Part shown: positions 1 to 9,279 of the stretch, in pieces | How the letters are laid out: every line of letters begins with the position of its first letter | Numbering within the stretch: the stretch's first letter is position 1 | Assembly (NCBI GenBank): GCA_005217565.1 | Contig: SJCO01000011.1 | Location: 41,070 to 105,069 of the forward strand | DNA: 64,000 nt | From: Puteibacter caeruleilacunae | Lineage (GTDB): Bacteria; Bacteroidota; Bacteroidia; Bacteroidales; Prolixibacteraceae | Reading direction: 5' to 3' | Translations under genes and position numbers: made by a program | Notes under the pieces: model-generated | The model's input: the letters and a program-made list of their open reading frames with translations, nothing else | Database searches by the model: none | What the model was told of the DNA's origin: nothing

Positions 1-377
1 ATGTAAACTTTACGTAGAAATGCATCAGCTGTAAGTTCAGAGAAGTAAGATTTTCCGTAAGCTAACTCATTCAAGAATCCTTTATAGAAAGCATCCTCAT
101 TAATCGAATCAAACTGATTCTTTCTAAATTCCATGTAACGCTTACCAATCTTTGCCTTTGCATAAGCCTTTGCCAGTTCAATCTTACATAGTGAATCCAG
201 CTCAAACGTAGCAGATTGCTCCAATTGTTTTTTTACATTGTTCGCCTCGATATACCCCAACGCATAACTCACACTATCAATACGCGAAGTAAACTTCATC
301 TTTCCTGATTTTGGCACTCTATTACACGACACAAAGCCGATTGACAGAGCCAACATGAAAATAGCTGTAATTCTCAT
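1..377 (-). CDS. Lipoprotein with an FKBP-type PPIase N-terminal-like region. Partial: the C-terminus is cut by the window edge.
   Basis: My own translation of the minus strand from the ATG at 377-375 gives MRITAIFMLALSIGFVSC..., a lipobox signal, followed by DSVSYALGYIEANNVKKQL, which resembles the FKBP_N dimerisation helix region. The reading frame stays open to position 1. The supplied ORF track does not list it because there is no in-window stop. Confidence 0.45.
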   Translation of the reverse strand, partial: MRITAIFMLALSIGFVSCNRVPKSGKMKFTSRIDSVSYALGYIEANNVKKQLEQSATFELDSLCKIELAKAYAKAKIGKRYMEFRKNQFDSINEDAFYKGFLNELAYGKSYFSELTADAFLRKVY

Positions 378-847
378 AACAATTTTTCAGTCGTTTTTGG
401 TTAAAATAATTGTGGGCTTCAAAACCCTTTGTTTTTCGGCCGACTAATTTAAAAAAATCAAATTAGGATTTCAATAAAAATTGGATGAAAAAACTCAGGA
501 AAACCTTATCTGATGCTGTTTTTTGATCATTTTAGATAAAAAAGAAAGAGAAAGGGAGAGGGATCCCTTTCTCAAATTTACGAAAACAGCAATTCGGAAA
601 TTTCGAATGTTGTTCCTTTTGGAAAGGAACATGATATAATATAGGTATACAAATGCCAATTCCATAATCTCACAAACAGCAAAATCAATTACCGATTTCA
701 CTATAACATGAAATTCAAATTCACTTAATACATTTTTTTAGAAATATCCCCCGAACCATTTATTGGTCTTCATAAATATACGTTGTTATTTTAAGAAACG
801 CAATACTTACACTGCTTTTTCTTATCTAATAATCAACCTAATGGAAA

Positions 848-3475
848 TTATTTAACCGGAATAGCTATAAAGAAGCTTGATCCAACACCAACTTCCGATT
901 CCACCCATAGCTTCCCTCCTAATGCTTCAACAAATGCTTTCGAAACCGTAAGTCCTACTCCCAAGCCTTCATAATTACGGGTTGTTCCTGTATTCGTCTG
1001 TTCAAAGGCATTAAAAATCTTCTCCATCTTCTCCTCAGGGATACCAATTCCGGTATCTTTAACACAGAATTCTATCATGTCATCATGTTTAACACAACTT
1101 ACTTCTATTTCACCTTCTTCAGTAAACTTTATTGCATTCTTCAGCACATAATCGAATACTCTTTTCAACTTAGTAATATCAGTAATAATAGCTCGATATT
1201 CATCAGAAAGATTTATTCGTTTCGTAATATTAATAGGCTTTTTGCCACAAATTTTGATGTAATTTGGAATCATATTATTAATCATTCTAATAACATCAAC
1301 TTTTGACTCGGCAACATCTATCTGCTGAGATTCTATCAAAGCCAAATCAATAACGCTATCAAACGTCCCCATTAACTGGTGGGCACTTTGAAGGATATAT
1401 TCAGCATATTGGTTTGCCATACTATCATCATCTGAATCATTTTGAAGCAATTCAGTAAAACCAATAATACCATTCATCGGTGTTCGTACTTCATGACTCA
1501 CATTAGCAAGGAATGCTGATTTTAGTCGGTCACTATCCTCCGCCTTTTCCTTCGCTGTTTTCAACTCTTTTATCATCTTTTTACGGCGAGTTATGTCCTC
1601 CTTTATAGCAAGAAAGTGAGTTATCTCCCCTTCTGTATTTTTTATTGGAGAAATAATAGCCTCTTCCCAATATAGTTCACCATTTTTTCTCTTATTCTTA
1701 AATTCTCCCTGCCAACTTGATCCAGATAAAATTGTATCCCATAGCTCATCATAATAGTCTTTAGTATGATAACCAGACTTTAACAGTGTTAGACGTTTAC
1801 CTAAGACTTCTGCAAGTTTATATCCTGTGGTTTTCTCAAATACAGGATTTGCATATTGAATTAGCCCCTCAGTATTAGTAATTACAATGGTTACAGGCGA
1901 CTGATCAACTGCTGTCTGTAGTAATTTTATCTGCTCTTCAGCCTTCTTCTTTTCGGAAACATCATATACAATCGCATGGACATAATATCGGCCATCAATC
2001 TTTACTTTGGTAAGGAATAACTCTACAGGTTTTAGCCTTCCCTTTTTGTCGATTTGTGTTGATTCATAATGATTTCTACCTCGAAGTATACATTCCTGAA
2101 TACGTTTAACTATTTTGTGTTTATCAGAGTAAGTCAACTCCTCTAGTCGCATCATATTCAGTTCTCTCTCACTATATCCATAATAAGAAACCGCTGTTTT
2201 ATTGCAATTTACAATAAAACCACTCATTGGCTCAATAACCAACATCGCAGCAGAGTGTGCATGGAATACGTCTCTCGTACGCTCAAGCTCTTCCATTTCT
2301 TTGGTAACATCGCGTAAAGCAACTGTATATCCGGCAATATCATCGTACATATTTTTGATGTAACTCATTTCTCGTTTACACCAGATTTCTTTCCCTTGCT
2401 TACTCAATAGCTTTATCTCTTTCTCTTTCTGTTCCTCTATTAAGGAGAGACTGAGATCTTGTTCCAAATCAAGCCAATCATCATGTGATGCATAGAGAAA
2501 TGAAGTTTTTTTTCCACGAATTTCATCAATCGAGTAACCAAAATCATTCAAAAAAGCTTGGTTACAAGAAATTATTCTCCTATCGAGCGATGTGAAAACA
2601 ATAGGATAAGGATAGTTTTCAATAATTTCCTTATAATTCAGCTCTGTTTTAAAACGTTGTGGTAGAATAACAGGATAATCTGTAATATCACGAATAATTC
2701 CAGAAACCTGATTTTGCTCTTTATTGTATTCTGCAATAGACTGAATAGTTTTTCTCTGTTGAGTAAGTGCTGTTACTATTTCAAAAGTTACATCATAAGG
2801 TGTTCCATACTGAATTAGATTAACAAATGCCTCATCCAAAGCTTCCCGATATTCAGCTACAACTGGTTCTTGAATGTGTGTCATTGAATGTTCTACACTA
2901 CTATCTAATTCATAAATTTTAAATGCTTCGGCTGATGCAGTTACTTTTAATGTATCTAGCGAAACCATCCAGGTTCCCATCTTTCCGAAATCCTGGGCTT
3001 GAAAGAATTTACGCTCTAATGCTGCAATCCTATTCTTTTGTTCTATCTGTCGGGTAATGTCTTTCAATAAGATTAAATACCCTGATTCATTTTCATCGGT
3101 ATACCTTGTATTGGTAAAATTTATATCTATGATGAAGGAATAACCCGAAATTGCATTACACCTAACCTCATGAAGTTTGATTTTCTCGGCATTTTCCTTT
3201 TTCAACAGATTGACAAGATCAACCAGTTTCAAAGATTCATTTTTATAACTAAAACTAAATATCGAATCAAAATCTTTACCGGAAACTTCAGCATCCTCAA
3301 AAACAAACAACTCTAAACAACTGAGGTTCACAAAAGTAATCCGACCTTCCTCATTAATCTCAATTGCAGCATTATCTATAATATCCAGTAATGATTTCAT
3401 ATTCCTATCAGGGTGTTTACGCTTATTTAATATCTCAATCGATTCACCTCCCTTAACATTGATTGTTTCACTCAT
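848..3475 (-). CDS. Multi-PAS sensor histidine kinase (cytoplasmic; no TM segment evident)
   Basis: 875 aa. It has several PAS/PAC-like repeats, an H-box (SHEVRTPMNGIIGFTELL) and a C-terminal HATPase_c region with a G-box (GLGVGLTVSKAFVEALGGKLWVESEVGVGSSF). There is no receiver domain. Confidence 0.85.
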   Translation of the reverse strand: MSETINVKGGESIEILNKRKHPDRNMKSLLDIIDNAAIEINEEGRITFVNLSCLELFVFEDAEVSGKDFDSIFSFSYKNESLKLVDLVNLLKKENAEKIKLHEVRCNAISGYSFIIDINFTNTRYTDENESGYLILLKDITRQIEQKNRIAALERKFFQAQDFGKMGTWMVSLDTLKVTASAEAFKIYELDSSVEHSMTHIQEPVVAEYREALDEAFVNLIQYGTPYDVTFEIVTALTQQRKTIQSIAEYNKEQNQVSGIIRDITDYPVILPQRFKTELNYKEIIENYPYPIVFTSLDRRIISCNQAFLNDFGYSIDEIRGKKTSFLYASHDDWLDLEQDLSLSLIEEQKEKEIKLLSKQGKEIWCKREMSYIKNMYDDIAGYTVALRDVTKEMEELERTRDVFHAHSAAMLVIEPMSGFIVNCNKTAVSYYGYSERELNMMRLEELTYSDKHKIVKRIQECILRGRNHYESTQIDKKGRLKPVELFLTKVKIDGRYYVHAIVYDVSEKKKAEEQIKLLQTAVDQSPVTIVITNTEGLIQYANPVFEKTTGYKLAEVLGKRLTLLKSGYHTKDYYDELWDTILSGSSWQGEFKNKRKNGELYWEEAIISPIKNTEGEITHFLAIKEDITRRKKMIKELKTAKEKAEDSDRLKSAFLANVSHEVRTPMNGIIGFTELLQNDSDDDSMANQYAEYILQSAHQLMGTFDSVIDLALIESQQIDVAESKVDVIRMINNMIPNYIKICGKKPINITKRINLSDEYRAIITDITKLKRVFDYVLKNAIKFTEEGEIEVSCVKHDDMIEFCVKDTGIGIPEEKMEKIFNAFEQTNTGTTRNYEGLGVGLTVSKAFVEALGGKLWVESEVGVGSSFFIAIPVK

Positions 3476-3599
3476 CAGCTATTCGAATTTAATCCCATTA
3501 CTCCGTTCTCTAAAGCTCTGTTAATATACATTAATATGTTGACAATCACTACTGGTAAAGGATAAAAGATTAGTTTTTCTAGAACATACTTGTTTTGTC

Positions 3600-4080
3600 A
3601 TCTCCACATAGCAATTCCCTTACTCTTCCTTACTAGGCCCCTACTTTTCCTTGTCAAAGCCTCGTATTTTCTAATGTTGAGAAGGGTTAAGTAAGGGTTT
3701 GACAAGAGTTTGACAAAAGTTTGACAAAGCTTGAAGAGGAAATCATCCTTAGGAAATAATAATTTCTCACTTTACCCATAAAACAGAACAATACGCGTGT
3801 GAAACAAGCTCACTATAACGCTATTTTTTTGAGCTAAAGTGGCGATTCTTAAATTGCGAAAAAATAATGATTTTAAACTTTCAATTCTCACATTACCCAT
3901 TAAAAAGCAATCATCAACCTTTTTGAAAAACTCATTTCACAGCATATCGTTATTTTTGCAATCGAAGATTCGTAGGCCTTACCCCCTCCTTACTCCTGCC
4001 TCGCCCCAACCTCAGAAATCCCTAAGGAATAGTAGGTTTTTTGTAGGGATTCTCTAGAACTTTGTAGAGAATCGGTATAA
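3600..4080 (+). repeat. Non-coding element, copy 1. It carries CCTTACYCC motifs, a TTTGACAA direct-repeat triplet (3697-3731) and TTTGTAGAGAAT.
   Basis: It matches the region 41590..41800 in inverted orientation (see findings). Confidence 0.5.
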
Positions 4081-4327
4081 AACCGTATATAAAGAGGGAT
4101 AAATCTGCGATGTACTTTTTCCGAAAATAGACGGATAGCTGTATCGTTATTTTAATAGTAGTTTCCTGAAGGTTAGCAATTACATTAATTAAATGATGTA
4201 TTTTAAGATTATTCTCAGTACTAAATTTACCCCATAACTTCCAGAAAATCGATTAAATAAAGGCCTTTTATTACATAGCTATGATAATTTTTTGTTAAAA
4301 TAACTTCATTGGTCTGATAAAAGCCAT

Positions 4328-4335
4328 TACTTTTG
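4328..4335 (+). promoter_or_regulatory. Candidate Bacteroidetes sigma-A -7 box (TACTTTTG, matching TAnnTTTG) about 22 nt upstream of the selU start
   Basis: Seen in the sequence. The Bacteroidetes -7 consensus TAnnTTTG is established knowledge. A short leader with no SD sequence is typical of Bacteroidetes. Confidence 0.35.
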
Positions 4336-4357
4336 CGGGACAAAATTAAAGCAATAA

Positions 4358-5377
4358 ATGTCATTTTTATCCGTAGAACAATTCATTAAAGAAGCCCCCA
4401 AGGGCACAATACTCGATATAAGAAGTCCAAAGGAGTATGAGCAAGGGCACATTCCCGGAGCTCAATCATTCCCTTTATTCACTAACGATGAACGGGCCGA
4501 GGTAGGTACTCTCTACAAGAAAAAAGGAAAAGATCAAGCAGTAATCAGAGGGCTGCAATTTGTGGGACCTAAGATGGCGGACTTTGTAATTGCAGCCAAG
4601 AAAATTGGCGGACCGCTATACTTACATTGCTGGCGTGGAGGTATGCGCTCTTCAAGCATGGCGTGGCTTTTGCAAAGTGCAGGTTTAGAGGTATATGTTC
4701 TTAAAGGAGGATATAAAGCATGGCGAAACCATCATCGTGAACTTATCAAGGAGAATCTAAAGTTATTGATTCTTGGAGGTCCAACAGGATCGGGCAAGAC
4801 TGATATCTTGGATGAATTGGAAAAGCAAGGTGAACAGGTAATTGACCTTGAAGGATTAGCTCATCATAAGGGTTCCAGTTTTGGAGCATTGGGACAAACA
4901 CCTCAGCCAACAACAGAGCAATTTGAAAATGACATTTTCGATAAGGTTGCAAAAACCAATTTCTCGCGACCAGTTTGGGTTGAAGGAGAAAGTCGCAGTA
5001 TTGGTCACGTATTCATTCCAACCGAATTTGACGATCTAATGCGCGTTAGTCCGCTTATTGTATTCACCATCCCTCAAGAGCTTCGTATTGAACGACTGGT
5101 AAGGGATTATGCATGTTTCCCGACTGAGAAACTGCATGATGCTGTTGATAGAATTAAAAAACGATTGGGCGGTTTGCAAACACAACAGGCATTTGAAGCG
5201 TTAGATAACAAAGATTTCCATCAAGTAGCCAAAATTACGCTATCATACTATGATAAAGCATATTACCACGCTTTCACAAAGCGCAATTCAGAGGTTACTG
5301 AAGTCAATGTTGATGAAGATGATCCAGTAAAAACAGCAACTAAGCTAATTCAGCAGTTTTCATCAATATCAGTGTAG
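4358..5377 (+). CDS. mnmH: tRNA 2-selenouridine synthase (rhodanese domain plus P-loop)
   Basis: Rhodanese active-site Cys region LHCWRGGMRSSS followed by the Walker A motif GGPTGSGKT. The 339 aa length and overall architecture are those of SelU/YbbB. Confidence 0.85.
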   Translation: MSFLSVEQFIKEAPKGTILDIRSPKEYEQGHIPGAQSFPLFTNDERAEVGTLYKKKGKDQAVIRGLQFVGPKMADFVIAAKKIGGPLYLHCWRGGMRSSSMAWLLQSAGLEVYVLKGGYKAWRNHHRELIKENLKLLILGGPTGSGKTDILDELEKQGEQVIDLEGLAHHKGSSFGALGQTPQPTTEQFENDIFDKVAKTNFSRPVWVEGESRSIGHVFIPTEFDDLMRVSPLIVFTIPQELRIERLVRDYACFPTEKLHDAVDRIKKRLGGLQTQQAFEALDNKDFHQVAKITLSYYDKAYYHAFTKRNSEVTEVNVDEDDPVKTATKLIQQFSSISV

Positions 5378-5396
5378 AATTAAAATACCAATTGAG

Positions 5397-6008
5397 ATGA
5401 TAAATATAGATACAACCGGAATGATTTGTCCTCAGCCTCTTATCGAGACACGCAGGGCACTAAAACGGGCACAGGAAGGCGAAGAAATTGTGGTTATTGG
5501 CGATAATGAAACTGCCATGAATAATATTCTGACTTATTTAAAAGATCAGCATATCCAGGCAGATGTAACCACTTCAGGTAATGAATTTACACTTAGAATA
5601 AATGCAACTGAAGGATTTAATCCTGAGGTCAAGGCTGAGGCTTATTGCTGCCCTACTCCTTCGGCCAATGATGGTTCTTACGTTGTAGTTATCAAGAGTA
5701 TCCTTATGGGTGATGGTGATCCTGATTTAGGAGCCATATTGATGAAAGGATTTCTGAATGCATTACTTGAAGTAGAGCCACTACCTACACATATTGTATT
5801 CTATAACTCAGGTGTTAACCTAGTAGTTAATGGATCGGGAGTTGATTCAACATTAAAAGAACTAGAACAAAAAGGCATTAAGATTATTGTCTGCGGTACT
5901 TGCGTTGATTATTACAATATCAAACGAGAAATAGCCGTAGGTACAATTTCCAATATGCTACAAATAACCGAAATATTAAAAGACGCAGGACATATTGTGC
6001 AACCATAA
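5397..6008 (+). CDS. yedF: Selenium metabolism protein YedF-like (TusA-like N-terminus plus DsrE-like C-terminus)
   Basis: N-terminal TusA/SirA CPxP motif (GMICPQPL). The ~200 aa size fits. The gene sits inside the selU-selD cluster. Confidence 0.65.
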   Translation: MINIDTTGMICPQPLIETRRALKRAQEGEEIVVIGDNETAMNNILTYLKDQHIQADVTTSGNEFTLRINATEGFNPEVKAEAYCCPTPSANDGSYVVVIKSILMGDGDPDLGAILMKGFLNALLEVEPLPTHIVFYNSGVNLVVNGSGVDSTLKELEQKGIKIIVCGTCVDYYNIKREIAVGTISNMLQITEILKDAGHIVQP

Positions 6009-6017
6009 ACTAAACCA

Positions 6018-7133
6018 ATGAACCTCTATTTTGATAACAGTAGCACGAGCTTCCCAAAACCTAAAGCGGTAGCCGATGCTATGTCTGATTTTATGCAGCA
6101 TGTGGGTGGAACGTACGGAAGAGCTGCATATCAACGCATTTGGCAAACAAGCTCCATTGTTGAGGATTGCAGGGAATTGCTTGCTGAAACGTTAGAGACC
6201 AAAGCAAGCGATAACATCTTCTTTACACTTAATGCTACGCATGCTTTAAATACCCTTATCAAAGGTTTATGTAAGCCTGGTTGCCATATCATCACTTCTC
6301 CATTGGAGCACAACGCGGTTGCACGTCCGTTGTATTTGCTACAAGAACAAGGCATTATTGAATGGGATATTGCAGAAGCCGATGCTGATGGAAAAATTAA
6401 GGTTGATAAGCTAAAAAGCCAGCTTCAAAAAAATACCTCATTGGTAATTATTAATCATACCAGTAATGTAACTGGTGTGACACAACCAATTAAAGATATA
6501 AAAAAGACGATTGGCGGTATAAAACTATTGGTCGACGCAACTCAATCGATAGGATGCAGACCTATTGGTGTTGATGCAAACGATATCGACATGGTAGCTT
6601 TTACAGGTCATAAAATGTTATTCGGACCTACCGGTACTGGTGGATTTTTCATCAAAAATCCAAACATGATCGACTCCTTCATTCAAGGAGGAACTGGTAG
6701 TAACTCGCTAAGTTATGAGATGCCTCACTTCACACCTGATAAGTTTGAAGCAGGAACCCAGAACATGGTAGGAATAGCAGGCTTAAATGCAGCCTTGAGT
6801 AATACACCTGAACCATTGCATACACGCAACGACTTTCTTGAGCTCATTGAAAAGCTAGAAGAAATTCCGCATATTAATGTGATGAAAGCAAATAATCCAG
6901 AAGATCAAGGTAGACTGTTTTCGATTACTCACACATCACGTACGCCTTCTGAAGTTGCGCATACGTTGTACAATGAGTATGAAATTGAGACCCGGGCCGG
7001 ACTTCACTGTTCGCCTATGGCACATCAATTTTATGGAACTGCACCAGTTGGTACGTGTAGAATATCGGTTTCACCATTTCATTCAACTGATGACTTCGAT
7101 GAGCTGATTAGTGCGCTAAAAGCAATCAAATAG
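6018..7133 (+). CDS. Aminotransferase class V PLP enzyme of the cysteine desulfurase / selenocysteine lyase family
   Basis: PLP-lysine region [16 protein letters not shown] and a conserved C-terminal Cys ([10 protein letters not shown]), typical of the NifS/CsdA fold. It is embedded in the selenium cluster. Confidence 0.7.
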   Translation: MNLYFDNSSTSFPKPKAVADAMSDFMQHVGGTYGRAAYQRIWQTSSIVEDCRELLAETLETKASDNIFFTLNATHALNTLIKGLCKPGCHIITSPLEHNAVARPLYLLQEQGIIEWDIAEADADGKIKVDKLKSQLQKNTSLVIINHTSNVTGVTQPIKDIKKTIGGIKLLVDATQSIGCRPIGVDANDIDMVAFTGHKMLFGPTGTGGFFIKNPNMIDSFIQGGTGSNSLSYEMPHFTPDKFEAGTQNMVGIAGLNAALSNTPEPLHTRNDFLELIEKLEEIPHINVMKANNPEDQGRLFSITHTSRTPSEVAHTLYNEYEIETRAGLHCSPMAHQFYGTAPVGTCRISVSPFHSTDDFDELISALKAIK

Positions 7134-7358
7134 ATGACTGAAACAATTATCATATTACAAAACATACGTCAGGTAATTAAGACTGAGAAATGGTGCGTAA
7201 ACAACCTTGTAGACCATAAGATTGTACCAGTACCTAAGGAGTATTCTTCGGAATGCGGGATGTGTATCCTCATTCAATCTGAGATTCCAGAGTCGTTGAT
7301 TTCATATCTAGAGGAATCGAATTTTACCTTTCAAATTAAAGATTATAAAACAGCATAA
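7134..7358 (+). CDS. Small hypothetical protein with a CxxC motif, possibly a Se/S-carrier-like protein (DUF3343-type)
   Basis: The 74-aa ORF is tightly packed between the PLP enzyme (its ATG immediately follows that stop) and selD. It contains ECGMC. The assignment rests on size and context only. Confidence 0.35.
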   Translation: MTETIIILQNIRQVIKTEKWCVNNLVDHKIVPVPKEYSSECGMCILIQSEIPESLISYLEESNFTFQIKDYKTA

Positions 7359-7361
7359 TTC

Positions 7362-8402
7362 ATGGCATTCGATTTATTATCAACTGTAGAACAAGGAGGA
7401 TGTTCAGCTAAATTATCTCCTAAACAACTAGGAGAGATTCTTAATAAACTTCCTAAATCCGACAATCCAAATATCATGGTAGATATTGATACCCATGACG
7501 ATGCCGGAGTTTATAAGATTAACGATGAGACTGCGTTGATCTATACCACAGATTTTTTCCCTCCTGTATGTAGCGATCCTCTTGAGTTTGGGGAGGTTGC
7601 TGCGGCCAATGCATTAAGTGATGTATATGCTATGGGGGGAACTCCAATTATGGCGCTTAACTTGATGATGTTTTCGGCTAATAAGTTGCCAATGGATGCT
7701 TATGTTGCGATTATGCAGGGTGGACATAATAAGGTTACTGAAGCTGGTGCAGTGATTTTAGGGGGGCATACCATTGATGATCATCCACCAAAATATGGAT
7801 TGGCTGTTGTTGGAACTGTACATCCCGACAAGCTTGTTACGAATGCGAATGTTGAACCGGGAGACAATCTTGTGTTGACAAAACCTCTTGGTATTGGTGT
7901 TGCCTTGGCTGCTCATAAACTAAAAATGGCATCGGATGATTTGCTTAAGCAGGCAGTTGATCAAATGAAGTTACTGAATAAGACAGGTGCTGAGATTATG
8001 CAACGTTATCATGTAAAAGCTGCAACTGATATTACAGGCTTTGGTTTACTGGGCCATAGTATGAAGATGGCTGAGGCAAGTAATGTTAGTATCAATATTA
8101 ATGCGAATGCTTTACCTTTCTTTGAAGGTATTGATGAGTTATTAGAAGACGGTTGCATTCCTGGTGCTGCATTCCGTAACCTTGACTTTATTCAGGATGA
8201 AGTGGAATTTGACGAGCAGACTGATTATAACATGAAGATGCTAGCCTGTGATGCTCAAACATCTGGAGGATTGCTTATTGCAGTTAAACCTGAATACACT
8301 GAAGACCTGTTGATGGATTTATTGGACTCTGGTTTACATCCACAAGCACGAATCATTGGACAGGCTGTTGAAAGAAAGGCTAAGTCGATTTATTTTAAGT
8401 AG
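7362..8402 (+). CDS. selD: Selenide, water dikinase (selenophosphate synthetase), Cys-type
   Basis: The N-terminal GGCSAK motif has Cys, not Sec, at the catalytic position. The AIRS-like fold and the 346 aa length fit SelD. Confidence 0.9.
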   Translation: MAFDLLSTVEQGGCSAKLSPKQLGEILNKLPKSDNPNIMVDIDTHDDAGVYKINDETALIYTTDFFPPVCSDPLEFGEVAAANALSDVYAMGGTPIMALNLMMFSANKLPMDAYVAIMQGGHNKVTEAGAVILGGHTIDDHPPKYGLAVVGTVHPDKLVTNANVEPGDNLVLTKPLGIGVALAAHKLKMASDDLLKQAVDQMKLLNKTGAEIMQRYHVKAATDITGFGLLGHSMKMAEASNVSININANALPFFEGIDELLEDGCIPGAAFRNLDFIQDEVEFDEQTDYNMKMLACDAQTSGGLLIAVKPEYTEDLLMDLLDSGLHPQARIIGQAVERKAKSIYFK

Positions 8403-8426
8403 TTCGCAAATTTTTCTATTTTTGTA

Positions 8427-8948
8427 GTGATGAGAGGAGCTCTAAGACATATCGCTTTGTGTTTTTTGTTTGCAGCAACGTGTTCAATGCTGCTGCATTC
8501 ATTAATTCCTCATCACCATCATCATGAGACAGATACTCATGAGCATAAAACTCATCCAGAACACTGTCAGTTGTGTGAATTAAATCATGAACACTCACAC
8601 GATTGCACACATGATCATCATCATGGACACCAACATACAGCAGACTTTAATTCTAGCGATTCAGAAGATCATCAGCATCAACATGAATATCAAAAGATAA
8701 AGCATGATAGAATTACCTGCTGTGAAATCCATCATAAAGATGAACACGGTCATACCATACATTGTCATTTCCCTACTTTTTGGAAGCCTGAAAAACGTTC
8801 GGTGGTGCAGGCTGCAATTATTCTTACAACCCTACTAGATTTTAGCATTGAAGAAGATCCCGTTGAGCAAAACGGTTTCTATATTGAAAAACAGATCACC
8901 CCACCCTATAAAGGTCCCCGTAATATGCGTGCACCTCCTGCATGCTAA
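8427..8948 (+). CDS. Histidine-rich secreted or membrane-anchored protein, putative metal-binding
   Basis: An N-terminal hydrophobic segment is followed by runs of HHHHHE and HDHHHGHQH. Overall His content is high and there are several Cys pairs. The gene lies directly upstream of a heavy-metal RND operon. Confidence 0.5.
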   Translation: MMRGALRHIALCFLFAATCSMLLHSLIPHHHHHETDTHEHKTHPEHCQLCELNHEHSHDCTHDHHHGHQHTADFNSSDSEDHQHQHEYQKIKHDRITCCEIHHKDEHGHTIHCHFPTFWKPEKRSVVQAAIILTTLLDFSIEEDPVEQNGFYIEKQITPPYKGPRNMRAPPAC

Positions 8949-9279
8949 TATTCCACATTTCCATAATTCATTGTTACGTATCTGAGGATTTATCTTCAGG
9001 ATTATAGTGTCATATGAACTCATCTGGGATGAACGCATAATCGTAAGTTCATTCAATAATGAGTTTATCTGTTAATAAGATATCAGTTCAATAGGATCTG
9101 CTTCTATGACATAGGCACTATCCCCTTGAAAACAGGGTCGCGGCACTTCTGGATTGTCATGTCTTCAGTTTTAACCTGAGGATTATAAAATGATATATTT
9201 CCTAATCGCCACCAACATTGCATTATGGAACTACACCTATTTTAATTCTTTTTCAAAAGATAACTTAAACAATATCATA

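Noticed and set aside
495-701. 68-aa ORF between the FKBP-like gene and the PAS kinase
   Set aside because: Low-complexity (SLSLSLSFLS) translation in an AT-rich intergenic region. It has no start context.
3839-4057. 72-aa ORF (and its counterpart at 41601..41813)
   Set aside because: Both coincide with the repeated non-coding element. Their translations are low-complexity (Pro/Leu/Ser-rich) and the two are not similar to each other at the protein level. This argues that the DNA element, not a protein, is conserved.
7362-8402. Possibility that selD encodes a selenocysteine (in-frame TGA)
   Set aside because: The catalytic-site codon is TGT/TGC (Cys) in the GGCSAK motif and the ORF is continuous. 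There is no in-frame TGA and no SECIS-like hairpin.
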